NCBI GenBank assembly: GCA_033442325.1
Contig: JAWQFM010000029.1
Location: 842,332-906,331, forward strand
Source of the DNA: Salpingoeca rosetta
Lineage: Eukaryota; Protista; Choanoflagellata
Direction: 5' to 3'
Length of the DNA: 64,000 bases
The notes below the pieces were generated by a model. That model was given only the letters and a program-made list of their open reading frames with translations, made no database searches and had not been told where the DNA came from. The translations under genes and the position numbers were made by a program. Below, in pieces: positions 1-50,732 of the stretch. Numbering within the stretch: position 1 is the first letter of the stretch; each line of letters starts with the position of its first letter.

Positions 1-10
1 TGCATGGCAG

Positions 11-1120
11 TTTGACTCTTCCTCGCCGCGCGCCAAGAGCCAGCACACGCACGCGGACACCACGGAGGCCACTACTACCGCTATTGTTGAAGACGGCGAC
101 ACTGCCGACATGGATGGTGATGGTCATGGTGATGGTGAGCTTGTGGCGGATGCTGCTGCCATTGATGATGACGACGAGCAAGGCGATGCTGCTGCTGCTG
201 CTGATGATGATGATGTGCGGGCGACTGAGGTGATGGTTCGCGACATGGAATCTGCGGCATCTGCAGACACGGGCAGTGACGAAGACGAGGATTTGCACAC
301 CGCCACCACTGTTGACGAGGAGCAAGAGCAAAAGGAGCACGCAGGGGAGGACGAGCAAGGCAAAGAAGGTGAATACGATGATGACGATGATGACGATGAT
401 GGTGGTGAGGAGGAGGGACAGGCAGACAAGACACCGACAGCATCGACATCAGCGCCGCCAGATGACGACGACTTTGTGATTGTGTCCAGCGAGAACAAAG
501 GAGAAGGTGAAGCGAGGGAAGAAGAGGGGAACGAAGAAGAGGAGGAAGAGAAGAAAGAGGGTCACGGTGGCGACGGCGACAGCCGCTTGGATGTGGTGAC
601 GCGTTGGCAGAATGCAACGCGCCTGAACAACGTGCTGCTGTTCCAGAAGCAGCAGCTGCAGGCCGAGCAGGAAGGGCTGAAGCAGAGCATGGTGCGGGTG
701 CGGCTCGAAGCAAAGGAGAAGGAGAGGCAGGCTGCTCGCACGCAGCAGCGGCTGGCAGCGGCAGAGCAGGCGACGAAAGACGCGCAGAAGCAGCTTGAGG
801 AGATGAAGGCTCAGGTGGAGGCGCTCACGTGCATGACCGCAACTGGCGGGGATGGCACGACCGGCACCTCGCCATCTATGGCAGACGTGCACCGCCAGCT
901 GCTTGAGCTTGTGAGGGCGAAGCGAGCCATGGAGGCCGAGAGCAAGACGCAGCGCGAGCAGTATGAGAAGGAGGTGATTGCGCTGAGGAAGCAGCTGGCA
1001 GGGCTCAAGCTGATGCAGGCCACCACCATTCACACGCTAAATGGCGCCGCCAACGGGACCAGTGCTTCTGCTGCTGGCAATGACGACGATGACGAGAAGA
1101 CCGTGTCCGTGCCGCTCTAA
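11..1120 (+). CDS. Terminal exon of an uncharacterised acidic, coiled-coil protein (gene begins upstream of window)
   Basis: CAG acceptor at 8-10 is followed by an open frame (FDSSSPRAKSQ...) continuous with ORF 110..1120. D/E-rich region, then heptad-like coiled coil (LLFQKQQLQAEQEGLKQ...YEKEVIALRKQLAGLK), TAA stop. Confidence 0.6.
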   Translation, partial: FDSSSPRAKSQHTHADTTEATTTAIVEDGDTADMDGDGHGDGELVADAAAIDDDDEQGDAAAAADDDDVRATEVMVRDMESAASADTGSDEDEDLHTATTVDEEQEQKEHAGEDEQGKEGEYDDDDDDDDGGEEEGQADKTPTASTSAPPDDDDFVIVSSENKGEGEAREEEGNEEEEEEKKEGHGGDGDSRLDVVTRWQNATRLNNVLLFQKQQLQAEQEGLKQSMVRVRLEAKEKERQAARTQQRLAAAEQATKDAQKQLEEMKAQVEALTCMTATGGDGTTGTSPSMADVHRQLLELVRAKRAMEAESKTQREQYEKEVIALRKQLAGLKLMQATTIHTLNGAANGTSASAAGNDDDDEKTVSVPL

Positions 1121-1826
1121 TCAAAGCGTGTGTGAGTTGTGAGAGTGTGTGCGTGTGTGTGTGTGTTTGTATGCCGGTTTTGTTGCTGTTGCTGTTGTTG
1201 TGGTTGACGTTACAACATTGCGTTTTTGTTACGTCCCGTTGGTTGCACATTCATGCGCATGCTTCTTTTGAAGCGCGTGATCTGGCATTTGTTTTGTTCA
1301 AGTTGCGTTCTTTCGTTCTTCCTGCTGTTCCTTGCTTACCGCATTAATTTCAGTGCGTGGACCTTTGAGCCGTACTGCCCACATCTTGTCGGCGTTGTGC
1401 GTTATGTCTCGTTTCACAAGCAAATACACGCCAAAAGCCATCAAGCACACACAGAATGCTCATGCGAATGACAATGACATCACAACCACCACCAACACCA
1501 CCATCACTGCTATTCAGCTATCATGATTGTATTGCGTTGGACGTGTCATGGGTCAAACTTTGCGTCGACATTCACGTCCGTATGTAACAACTTTGCGTCA
1601 GCAACACACACACACACACACACACACACAGCAAGTGCACAGATGAATGGATTAACAGCAACAAATTGCAAGACAATGGCCTTAACCAAACATATCACGT
1701 TCGACTAACAAGCTTCGCAAAACCCAAGATACACAAACACATGGAACACACCGGGACAAACCACGACACGAACACGAACGGGAAGTGATGCACTTTGTTT
1801 GCAATGGCACGGGAGTGCGTGCATGT

Positions 1827-8444
<6,618 letters not shown>

Positions 8445-9637
8445 GTCTGTTGCTGCTGCTGTCTCCTCTCTATTGTACACCCGGTGACAGACACGCACGC
8501 GCTCGCGCTGATGTTGGAAGAAATGGCTGGGGTTGGCACACGTCGTGCACATAAGCTTTTGCGCGCCGGGAGAAGCAACAGCAGTCAGCGAAAAGCCGCA
8601 CATCAAGCACACGCAGGTCACGCCTTGTTGGCGGTGGTGTTAGGGTGCAACGCACACCCTACGTCCGGTCAGCACATGCTTGCGGCGATTCCTCCATGCC
8701 AACCACGCGTCTGGTTTTGTGTGTGGTTGTCGAAGAAGCAGAAGACGCAGAAGGAAAGAAGCCGCACAAGGAGAATACGCGGTGCAAAAAGGCCACTCGC
8801 CAACCAAAACTTCATTCATCTTTGCCTGCAAGCAAGCAAGGCTGAGCAAAGGTGGGGAGTTGAGGCTTTGGGTGAGGGGGGGGGGCGATGAAGCAAACAC
8901 GCATGTCTCGCAGATGCTCAGCACTGCTCAGCTGCAAAGCCATCAGCACGTGTTGTTGTGATTGAAATCAGCACAACAAAAAAAAACCGGACGCGAAAAA
9001 AAACAAAAACAGCAAGGCAACAAAAACAGGTTTGTCGTGTTTGCATCATTGACATCAACAGAACACGACACCACATAACTTTCGGCGCACAGCATACACC
9101 GCGCCAGCAGAACCGCAACATGCAACGAAACGAGGTTGGTGTGTGGTTGGTTTGGCCGCTGTCCTCGCTCGCTGGCTGGTGCTTGTTGGTTGTCTCTTGT
9201 CGATTGGGAGGAAGGGCAACAGCTCGGCCCAGCTTGTGCACGGTTGAGGTGTCTTTCTTGTCGAAAGGGCACGACAAGTGCACACCCTGCGCTTGTGTGT
9301 CACGAAAGCAGCTGAGCGCATGTGTGGATGGAAATGTATTTCATCAGTAGTGCGTTTCGTGCCTGCTTGTTGTGTACACTTTCTTGTTCCACCGTCGTTC
9401 GCTCGAGTGGCGTGTGACTAAGCCAGCTTGCAGGTCGCAGTACATTTCCATTCAAAATTCACACACCCCCACACACCCCCACCCACCCCCACACACCCAC
9501 ACACCCACACACCCACACCCACACACACACCCACACACCCACACACACACACACACCACACACCACACACACACCACACACACACCACACACACACACCA
9601 CACACACACACACACACGCACGCACACGCACACACAC

Positions 9638-9697
<60 letters not shown>

Positions 9698-9751
9698 GCA
9701 CACACACACACATACACACCTGCACAGAAGAAGAAGAAGAGGAAGCAGAGG

Positions 9752-16885
<7,134 letters not shown>

Positions 16886-17864
16886 AGTGGTGGAGGGGTG
16901 AGGGATAATTACATCAGAAGCAAGGGTCGGCGATGGTAACCGTGTGTTTGTCGTCGTGTTTGCACCGTGTTTGCGTGTGTATCGTGGGGTGTGCTCAGTT
17001 AACGTCTGCTGCATCATGAGGAACCTGCTGCCCTTCCGACTCACCCTTGCTGTCCTGTCACGTGTCGGGCTTGCGTGCATTGTCTCAACAGACCTCCTCT
17101 GCCAGCACCACGGCAGCAACTGGTGACGGTGTGTCGGGCCGTGGCCGCCGCCGCCGCAACCCACCAGCCCATCTCGACGGCTACGTCCTCATCTCGTGAT
17201 GGCAGCGACAGCGGTGGTGGCGGTGTGGAGAGAGGTGCTGTCGTGCGTGCTGCATGTACACACGCTGCTGACGCGCTGTGCACAATTCATATCTGACTGA
17301 CTTATTTGCGCAAAGTTGTTGCTGCTTGGCAGCGTGTTGTATGTGCATTTCCGTGTTCTTGTGATGGTTCGCTGTGTCGAGTATTTCGCAACGTTTCTTC
17401 CCCCCAGATATGTGCTTGCTTTGTTCTTCAGGTGTCACATTTCTTTGTGCCTAGCATGTGTCTTTGTATGCACGTGTGATTGTGTCCCGAGAAAAATATG
17501 ACTTGAGTGTCCCGTCGAGTGTGTGCGTGTCAAGAACAGGCAAGTAAGTAAACCAACTTCTTTGAAAACGACCAAACCACGTGTATGCATGTGCGAATGA
17601 CCATGACTTGAACGACTGAGAACGTGGTAGACTGGGCAGAATTCCCGTTGCATCAAACACCAGCGACAAAGGCACGAGACAAAGGCACGATTTAAGCAGT
17701 TGAAACTTGGATCGAAAGGAACACGGGAAAAAAACAAAAACAAAAATGGAAACCTCTAACATATGAATTGTCCAAACACAAGTGCGTGGAAACAGTGAGT
17801 GGCGTTCACCTTTCTGTGTGTGTGTGAGAGAGAGAGAGAGTGTGTGTGTGTGTGTGCGCGCAGC

Positions 17865-22931
<5,067 letters not shown>

Positions 22932-23579
22932 GCTTCTTGCTTGCTTCACCTCTCCTCCTCGCTTGCTTGTTGTCGCTGTTCGTCTTCGTCGTCGCCAAAG
23001 CCGTTTTTTTTCCCTTCCTTCCTTCGTTTCTTCGCTGCGCTTTCGCCGTGAAATTTTGGCTTGAGGAAAAATGGCCGAAGTTGTTCACAATTCCTCCAAC
23101 CCAGCCACAACCCAGGTGCGACATCATAAAAACCAGAATCGCTGAGTCATCCCTCTGCTGGTTGTTTTGCGCGCTGTCTTTTCTCGCTTGCTGCGGCGGT
23201 GCGACTGACACCCCCATTTTGCTCTCCCAGCTTCCTGTGGACACCTTGTGTTGTCTTGTGTCCTGCGGAGAGAAGAAGAGCACGGCAATAGAGGTGAGTC
23301 AAAGGGCGTGCGCGTGTGTGTGTGTGTCACACTGGGGCTGACTGCGATGGCGGCGGCGGGGGTATGTTATGCCATGGCGCAGCCGCTGCACTTACTCACG
23401 AACCCTTTGTTGTTGTGCTTCTCTCTTCTGTGGTGGCGATCGCTTGCCTGTAGCTGCTTGTGCGGACAGCACTTTCCTTGCTTTAATTTGTTCCTTTGTT
23501 TGTATTGGTTCTGTTGTGTGTTTTGAAGACGCACCAGCACACCTGTCCTGATCACGGGTGATAGGCAAGACCGGGCACC

Positions 23580-42526
<18,947 letters not shown>

Positions 42527-42853
42527 TGTGTGTGGTGGGGGGGGGGAGGGGTTGTGGGTTGTGTGGGTTGTGTGGGTTTGGTGTGTGTGTGACTTTTGGG
42601 AGTGTGTAGATGATTGTTGCTTTCAGTTGGTCGTGTTACTTTCTTGCTTGCTTGCCTGTGTTACTGGCATTGTAGTTGTGTTGTTCAAGTTTCAATAGAA
42701 GGTCGTTCCCATTGAAGTACAAGACGAGGAGGACATGAGGACAAGAGATCGGGGAGAGCGGGGTGGAGGAGTTGCTTGGACGGTGTTCGCGTGTACTGGA
42801 ACACAGCTACACATGCTTCACAACGAGGCATGTGGTTGCTTGCTTGACCCGCA

Positions 42854-43603
42854 TTGGCTGCCGTGATCGTTGATGAAACGCCTGTCGCGATGCTTTGTGC
42901 TCACCCACAAGCAGTGTTGTCACGCTCGTACATGCGGAATGTGAGTGCTGCGAATGGGTCGCGCGTCCGTGGCATCGTTCAAGTGAACACACCGGTACCG
43001 CCTTGTGTGAACGAGCTGCATGGCCTTGTCAAAGGCGAGCTTCACTCTCACCGCGAGTGGATTGGGCCGGCGGTGCAGTCGTTGACTCTCCGCGGGCGAT
43101 TCCAGTACCCAATGCACGGTACCCACCTGCTTCTGACGGACATTACCTTCGCTTCATGCCTTGCACGCTCGAACAAGGCATTGCGCGCTGCCCGATGACC
43201 TCGCTACACAGTTGTTGTGGGCGGATTGGCTTTGCATTTACATATTGGCACGCTAATGCTTGACGAGATGGCCCAAAGTGTGCCGGTCATTGACTCCTAG
43301 TCTGTTGTGTCAGATGGTACTGGCAACCTGTCGATCACAGGCTGTAAAGAAGTGTTCAAATGCCACCTTTACAAGTGTGTCATCTTGGAATTTGATTGCT
43401 TTCAAGGCATTCAGCGGCTGGTTGTGCAAAGTTGCGCCTTTGACAACATGCACGGGCTGTCGGACGTTGGCTGCGTTGTGCTGCGCAACTGCTTCTTCAC
43501 AAACTACCATCAGCGGTGGCCTGACGTGGATGAGTGTGAGCAGGGTGGGCTGGGGGATGAAGTTGTGTTGAATAGTGGAAGGGTTGTTCATTTGCTTTGT
43601 TGA
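42854..43603 (+). CDS. Possible small or degenerate LRR-like protein (fragment)
   Basis: ORF 43307..43603 has LRR-like periodicity (NLSITGCKEV, IQRLVVQSCAFDNMHGLSDVGCVVLRNC) after a CAG acceptor at 43311-43313. Upstream ORF 42854..43198 contains VQSLTLRGRF. No microsatellites here. Confidence 0.3.
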
Positions 43604-44030
43604 CGTGTCATGTCCAAGTATTCAATACACATTCACATTCAAAGGCAGGCTGCGCGGGCAAAGGTATGTGGGCGTGTGGTGGTATGTGGGTGGATGGTGC
43701 GGATAACCCATGTGCGGTGGGTGATGCGCATGTGGATTCTGAATCGAAGGAGGATGTATTGTGGAACAAAGGTGCAGCAACAAGTGGCGGCATGACACAG
43801 GAGGGGCAACGAAAGCACGGAAGGTGCAGAGCAACAAGAAGCACGCCTTGGCGCCACGTCGGCAAGGAGTGAGAGGAGGAGAAACAGGGGACAGAAGCGC
43901 TGCAAGCGGTGGTCTACGACAGTCGGGCACATGGAATGATTGAAAGGCGTAAAGACGGAAGGGCAGAAGTAACTCAGCGCAGAACAACAACGGCAAACAT
44001 GAGAGGTAACAGGGCCGATAACGCGTCACA

Positions 44031-44488
44031 CTACACAGAACTGTCCACGTCACACTTCTTTGCCTCCCGAATCAGCTTCATGGCGGGACCCATCGGCACA
44101 CTCGCCGCCTTTAGGGTTTGCATCGTCAGCTCTCCCTCCTGGACCAGCGCCGCCAGCACCTCCAACGTGTCAATGCCGTGCTCCATCAGCACAGATTCGA
44201 CGTGCGGCAGCAGCGAGTGGCGGTTGAGCCATTGAATCAGCTTGGGCTCAAATGAGCTTGAGGACGAGGACGATGGAGTGGCAGGCAGCAGCCTGCCAGG
44301 AGTTTCGGAGGAGGAGAAGGAGAAGGACGACTGTATGACACACAAGTCAGTCGCGTTGGGTGAGGCACAGCACGCGTCAAGTGGAAGGGAGAAGGAGTCT
44401 GACTGCTGCATGTACGAAAACAACCACTCACGAACACACAGCCACACATAGACAAGCGCACAACCACACACACCCACACACATACACC

Positions 44489-44546
<58 letters not shown>

Positions 44547-46959
44547 GCCATACCTGCGTGGAACGACGTGCAGTTGTTGGTCCCTGCGCTGCTTGCTCCT
44601 TGCTCCTGGCGGAGACGGCGACCTGGCGCACCTTCTCCGCAATGTCGTGCAGCTGCGACGTGTGGTCCACGCCGGCATCCATCGCAATCACTGCGTCAAT
44701 GTCAAACAGAGACAGCACCACTTTGCGCACGCTCTTGTGCTGCTGGGGCGGTGGCAGGTGCAGCACTTGCGAAAAGAACTGGTCGAGCTCTGCTGCCATC
44801 TCCTCACTCACAACATCCGGCAGCTTCGTTGCCAGCCGCTTCAGGCGGTCAAACGAGTCGTACTCGCTCACCTCTGCCCTGCTCATAACATGGTGACTGC
44901 TGTCGTGCCAGCCACTGCCAATGAAGAGCGGAACGATGCGGCGGAGGTGGATCTTGTCTGGATGCTGGCGAGCAATCTGCTGCAGCTCTAGCATCGCCAT
45001 CCACTCCAACAAGACGTTGTCGCACGTGTCAGTGTGGCCGAGCGAGCGCATCTGATGGATGGCACCCACGGAAACGACGGGACAGGCGACAGTACTGTTG
45101 TGCAGGGCTGTCATGCACGCGTGCTTGAAGTTGACGCCTGTCTCCAAGTTGTTGGCGTCCACAAAGGTTACCAGTCCGTGCTGCTCCAACTTTGGGTACA
45201 ATGTCATCACCAAACCCCGGTTGCCGCGTTGCCTGTGACGTGGTGGTCAGTGTCGAAATAAGAAAGGAAGAGAGAGGGAAGGAAAGACACCCAGTTCGCA
45301 CCGGACATTCATGCACACACACACACACACATACACACACACACACATGTCCCACCTGTAACTGATGAAGGCATCATATTTGTCCTGCTGACCCATAACT
45401 GGCAAGAGTGGACCATATTTGGCGACCAGATCCCCTGGTGACAGCAGCTGTGAGCGGCCAACGCGAAGCGCTTTCTTGTTCATGTGGTGGGTGTGCACGT
45501 CCTCGAAGAACAGCAGTCTCGTGTCACTGAATGGCAGCAGCAACGTGGCCTTGAGCTCGGGGTAGCGCTGCGTGACAGCTGTTGTGATGGTGTCGTACAG
45601 CATGTGCAGCAGCGTGCGAGGACGTGCAGCCATGACCTTGATCTTGATGCCGCCGACAGCCGGCACGAGCTGCATCTCGATCTCAGCAGCATCCATGAAG
45701 ATCACGGCGTCTGTGCGGCTCAACATGGGCGGTTCCGTTGCACCGTGCTGCATGTGTGCCATCACGCGTGCCAACACCATTGGGAACAGGCCCTCTGGCA
45801 GGAAGGAGGCTTGCTGCGTGTCTGCAATCTTGACGCTCACACCCCTCTTGAACTGCGTCAGGCTGAAGGCGACGTAGGCCGTCTTCTCCTCATATCCAAC
45901 ATACGGATTGGCTTGCTGTGCTGCTGCCGTGCTCAGCGAGACTGATGACGCCTGTTCATCCTCCAAGGTCATCGGCAGGATTGCTGGGACGAGGTACTGT
46001 TGGTGGTGTTGTTGTTGCTGTTGAGGACCGGTCAGCAGCACCATTGGCGCCGTGTACTGGATACACAACCCGTACTCCATCATGAGTTGGAGGAAGGGCT
46101 CAATCGTGCCACCTTCCAAATCCTTCCACAACACCTCCAGCAGACGACGGTGCAGGATACCGCGGTCAACGAGGTCGTCCCACACGTTGGCGCCAACGGC
46201 CCTCGCCTCACCATCACGCACGTCGTGATGCAGATCAAAGTTTCGGATAACGCGCGTCATCGTGTCCACCGCCCACTGCGGACTCAGGATCACATAGTCC
46301 TCCATGCCCGGCACGCTGTCAAAGTACAGCACCATGGAGTAGAGGTGCAGGAACTGAAGGCAGGCTTTCGTCTCCTCACGTGTGCGCAGCCCACAGGTGC
46401 GCGCAATCGCCACCACCTCGTCAAAGGTGAGCAGCGGTCGCTTCTCGTCGCGGGCGATGGCGTTGAGCTTGTCATAGAGATGGAGGTATGGCACAGCTAC
46501 CTCCTGGCTCACGTACTCCTGCGCCAGTGCTGTGGAGGAGATGGTCTGGCGCAGGTCCTGGATCATGGGATCGTGAATGGACTTGGTGTTGTCGACGGGC
46601 CAGAACCACAGGCCATGCTTGTCGTTGTGAATGACACCAGGAAAGGCTGGGTTGTGGCGCAGGCGACTGTGGATGTCGCGTGAGATCTGCTCATGTTGCT
46701 TCCGCTGACTGACCACATCAGCGAAGGTGCCGACGATGAGGACGGGTGCGCCCTTGGCGTGGAGGTGGAGGGAGGAGAGCCAGTGCTCCATAAATTCCCA
46801 CGCCTCTGCCCGATGGCTCTCATCTTGGTGCAACAGGTCCTCCATCGAGAACACCAGCAGGTACACCGCGTACCTGTTGGGTGGGTGGGGTGATGAAGGG
46901 AGAGGTGAATGAATGAGAGGTGGTGGAGGGACTGCAAGCAGACAAACGCACACACACAG

Positions 46960-47046
<87 letters not shown>

Positions 47047-47598
47047 GACCCACTTTGTGAGGAAGAAAGGGTGGAAGATGTAGAAGGTGGACTGGCCACC
47101 CAGGTCAAAGATCTTGAACGTGACCCGCGCTTTGCCCTCGCCCATGACGGCATCCATGTTGAACTCCTTGATCGCTTTCTCCATTTCCTCAGCAGACATG
47201 CCGGGCGTGGTGCTGCTGCTGTTGTCACGCGCAGCAGCATCACTTTGGCTGGAAGGGTTTAGGGTGGCCTGCTTCGTGGGCGCAGATGCTGACATCTGAG
47301 ACGTCTTGCTGGGCTTTGGGACGGTCGATGATGACGTGCGGGAGGATGGCCGTGGCCGCGTCTCCTTTGCATTCTGTAACTGCTTCTGCTTCTGCTTGGC
47401 AGCCGTTGCTTTCTCTGCCTTCTCGGCTTCCTGCTGCCGTTGTTGCTGATGGTGTTGGGTGATGCGGCTCTTCAGGTCTGCCTTTACCTTCATCATCGCC
47501 TGCTTCATTTGTAAGTCCACGCCGGATTCCTGCGCCAGCGCCGTGCCGCAGAGGCTGCGCATCAACTCCGAGATCTCCGCATCCAGCTCCTGCAAAGG

Positions 47599-47665
<67 letters not shown>

Positions 47666-50600
47666 CGCTTCTGCGAGGAGATGATCGTGTCAACCACCAC
47701 CTCTCTTCACACCCATGCGTCGCACACATCACATGCTCGCACCAGACAAGGGTACACACCTGCCAGTCGTGAACGTCCATTGATTCGACAATGACGGTGA
47801 GGTCGGTTGAGGCAACGCCATGCGTGGAGTGCTCGTGCTTGTTGAACATGTGACCCATGAGCGAGTGAAACGTGCTGGTTTTGCCGGCGCGCCCTTGGCC
47901 TATGAAGATGAGCTTGGCCCTGCTAGCCATGGTCGCGTTGAAGCGCGCAATGATCTCCCGCATGTGCTGCTGGAGGCGCTCCCTGCGCGCCTGCTCGGGC
48001 TGGTGGTGGTGGTGGTGGTGGTGGTTGTGTGAGACATCATGATTATGCTTGATACGAGACCACGGACAGCGTGATGAAGGAATGGTATGGGTGACGTGAT
48101 GCATTTGCTTGTGCGTTGCTGGCAAGCACTTGTCAAATCACTCACGTCTTGCGCTGCTTGTTCTTCTTGCTTCGGTCCGGCGGCAGGAGTGGGCGCAGGT
48201 GGCTCTTGTTGCGGTTGCTGTTGCTGTTGTGGTTGCTCCGAAGGCTTGCCGCCTGGCTTCAGCCCTTGGATGCTGGTGATGGCAGCGTGGCCGTTGGCTT
48301 GTGCCACATCGTAGGGCGTCTCTCCCTGCGTGTGTTGGAAAGGTAAAGCGCATGAGTTGAGGAAGGAGGGAAGCAGGGAGAGGGGAGGACACAGCGCAAA
48401 GCAAAGAAGCAGTTGTGTCACGTCTTCAGAAACAGCCACACGACGCGAAGCACACCTTCTTGTTCTTGATGGAAGCGTCTGCGCCCTTCTCGAGGAGCAG
48501 CTTCACAATGGCGGGTTGGTTGTGCCTGCAGGCAACATGTAGCGGCGTGTCGCCCTGTGGTTGGGTGGGGGAAGCAAGGGGCATGGCACGTGTGGTGAGG
48601 ATCTGTTGGAAACGAGCACACGGCCGGTGCAACCATGAGCGAGCGCCGTTCACAACAAACACACCCAGACACACACATGATGAACATACCTGCTTGTCCT
48701 GTTGGTTGATGTCTGCATTGTCCTGTTCGATGAGGGACGTGACAGCTGGAGCGTCGCCATCCCTGCAGGCGGCAAACAGTTGCTCATGCTGCCGCTTCTT
48801 CTCCGCGCGTGCTTCGTTAAAGGCGGCCCTGCCCTCACCGTCGCCAAACCTGTGATCCCACGCGACATTGGACGCAAGCATCACGCAGCATGTGTGTGTG
48901 AGGCGAAGGGTCGAGAGAAAGCAGGGAGCAAATGACTAGAGTGGAAGCACGCATTGACTGACCAGTATGTGTCGAGTTCTCGGTTGACGGGCAGCGCGGC
49001 ACCAAAGGCGCGGGCAGTGGCGGTGGAGTTGTATTTGATCCTAAACGAGGACACGTGGTGGTAGCGTGTGGTTGGGAACAAGCAGCAAGTGCGGTGCGTG
49101 GGTCAGGAGGGTTGGTGGTTAGGGTTGTGGAGAAATGCAAGCAAGCAGAGAGGAACACACAGTGTAGCGTGCACTCAAAAGAGTGGCGTTTGGTCACACA
49201 AATCTACAACAGGACACAGGCGCATGAGGCAGGCGCAACGCAATTGACGTACTCAAGCCGAGACATGGTGCGGTTCTGGTCCAGTGCGGCACCCAGCGCC
49301 GCACCGCCAACCGGGGTGATGGAGTTGTTATACAAGCTGCAAGTGGCAAGAAATGCATGTTGGAAGAGCAGGGGAACGGGTGGGCAAGCAACACGTGTCA
49401 GTGTCATGGATAAAAGTGGGTTGCAGATGGATCACGTGCACGCGTACTCGCTCGCACATCAGGTCCTACGACTTTTAAGGCACAATGGCGGAAGCAAAGG
49501 GGGCAAATGCAAATTGCACAGGATGTGGCAGCACTTGTGGCACAGGTGAAGGATGGAAGCATTTGTTGGTTAGTCAAACAAGCAAGTCGCACAGACATCG
49601 TGGGTGGCTTGCGGTGCCTCAACCTGCACATGTGTACTGCAGAAGAAGCGCCTAAAGACACACATTGCAAAGAGGAGCTTCCACTCACTCGAGTGCTGTG
49701 AGGGTCGTGTTGTGCTTCAGCATCTCCGCCAACGCCACGGCGCCCTCAGGGCCGATGGAGTTCTCACTCAGGCTGTCAAGACGGTATGGTGGATGCCACA
49801 CAGGGGGATGATGCCACATGGGTGAGAAAGAGTGAGTGAGTGCGTGATGATGATTGTTGTGGGTGGCAACACAGTCATCAATCCACACATGGGCACATGT
49901 GCACGTGATAAAGGTGCAGCAGCAGTGACGCAGCATACATGTGTGTGCGTGTGTGCGTGTACACACGCACTCGAGTCTTTCGAGGGTCGTGTTGTGCTTC
50001 AGCATCTCCGCCAACGTCACCGCGCCCTCATCGCCGATGGAGTTGTTGTGCAGGCTGTGCAGGCACACAAGAACCGCAGGGAGCGACGGTGAACACACGT
50101 CCAAACATGCGCAAGCAGGGGAGGAGAAAGGGGTGCAACATGCAACACCGCCACCCCAGTCAACCATGCATGTCACACGAAGCAGATTCATCATCACCAC
50201 GCACAAGAGCGTTTTGAGGCAGGTGTTGTCCTTGAGCGCCTCGGCCACCGCACGCGCCCCAATGTCGCCGAGGCCATCATCATCCAAGCTGTAATTCCAA
50301 ATGGTGTGTGTCATGAAATGAGCAAGAAGACTGAGGATACACAGAGCAAAAACATGAGGGTGCCAGTCCCAACCTGCCACAAACACACACAGTGTGTCCA
50401 GGCGGTGCGAGGGGACAGGACACGCACATGTGAACACCCAACAGCAAGCCACACCACGCCCATGGCAACACAAGGACAAGCCAAGCAGAGAGAGGGGGGA
50501 AGAATAAGCACAATCACAAGAAGTGTCGAAGTGTCCTTCTGTCCAACACATGCATGCATGTTCCAACACGTCGTTTTGGTTGCCTTTGCACTCACTCTGC

Positions 50601-50732
50601 TATCTCCCCACATGTGTTGTTGGCGATGGCCCTAATCTGGTCCTTCACCCGTTTCTCCTTCTTTGCAGGCAGCTTCGTCTGCGCCAGCAACGCCTCCACC
50701 TCCTCCCTCGCTCTCTTCTCTCCGCCGGACAT
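44031..50732 (-). CDS. ROCO-family protein: RI-like LRRs - ankyrin repeats - Roc GTPase - COR - TIR - SAM
   Basis: ATG at 50732 (MSGGEKRAREEVEALL...IRAIANNTCG). LRRs LHNNSIGDEGAVTLAEMLKHNTTL. ANK GDTPLHVACRHNQPAIVKLLLEKGAD. Roc KLIFIGQGRAGKTS, IFDLGGQSTFYIFHPFFLT, LIVGTFAD. COR LQFLHLYSMVLYF...VILSPQW...YLVPAILP...FLPEGLF. TIR YDAFISYR...TFVDANNLETG...DNVLLEW. SAM WLNRHSL...GIDTLEVL...MGPAMKL. Confidence 0.9.
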
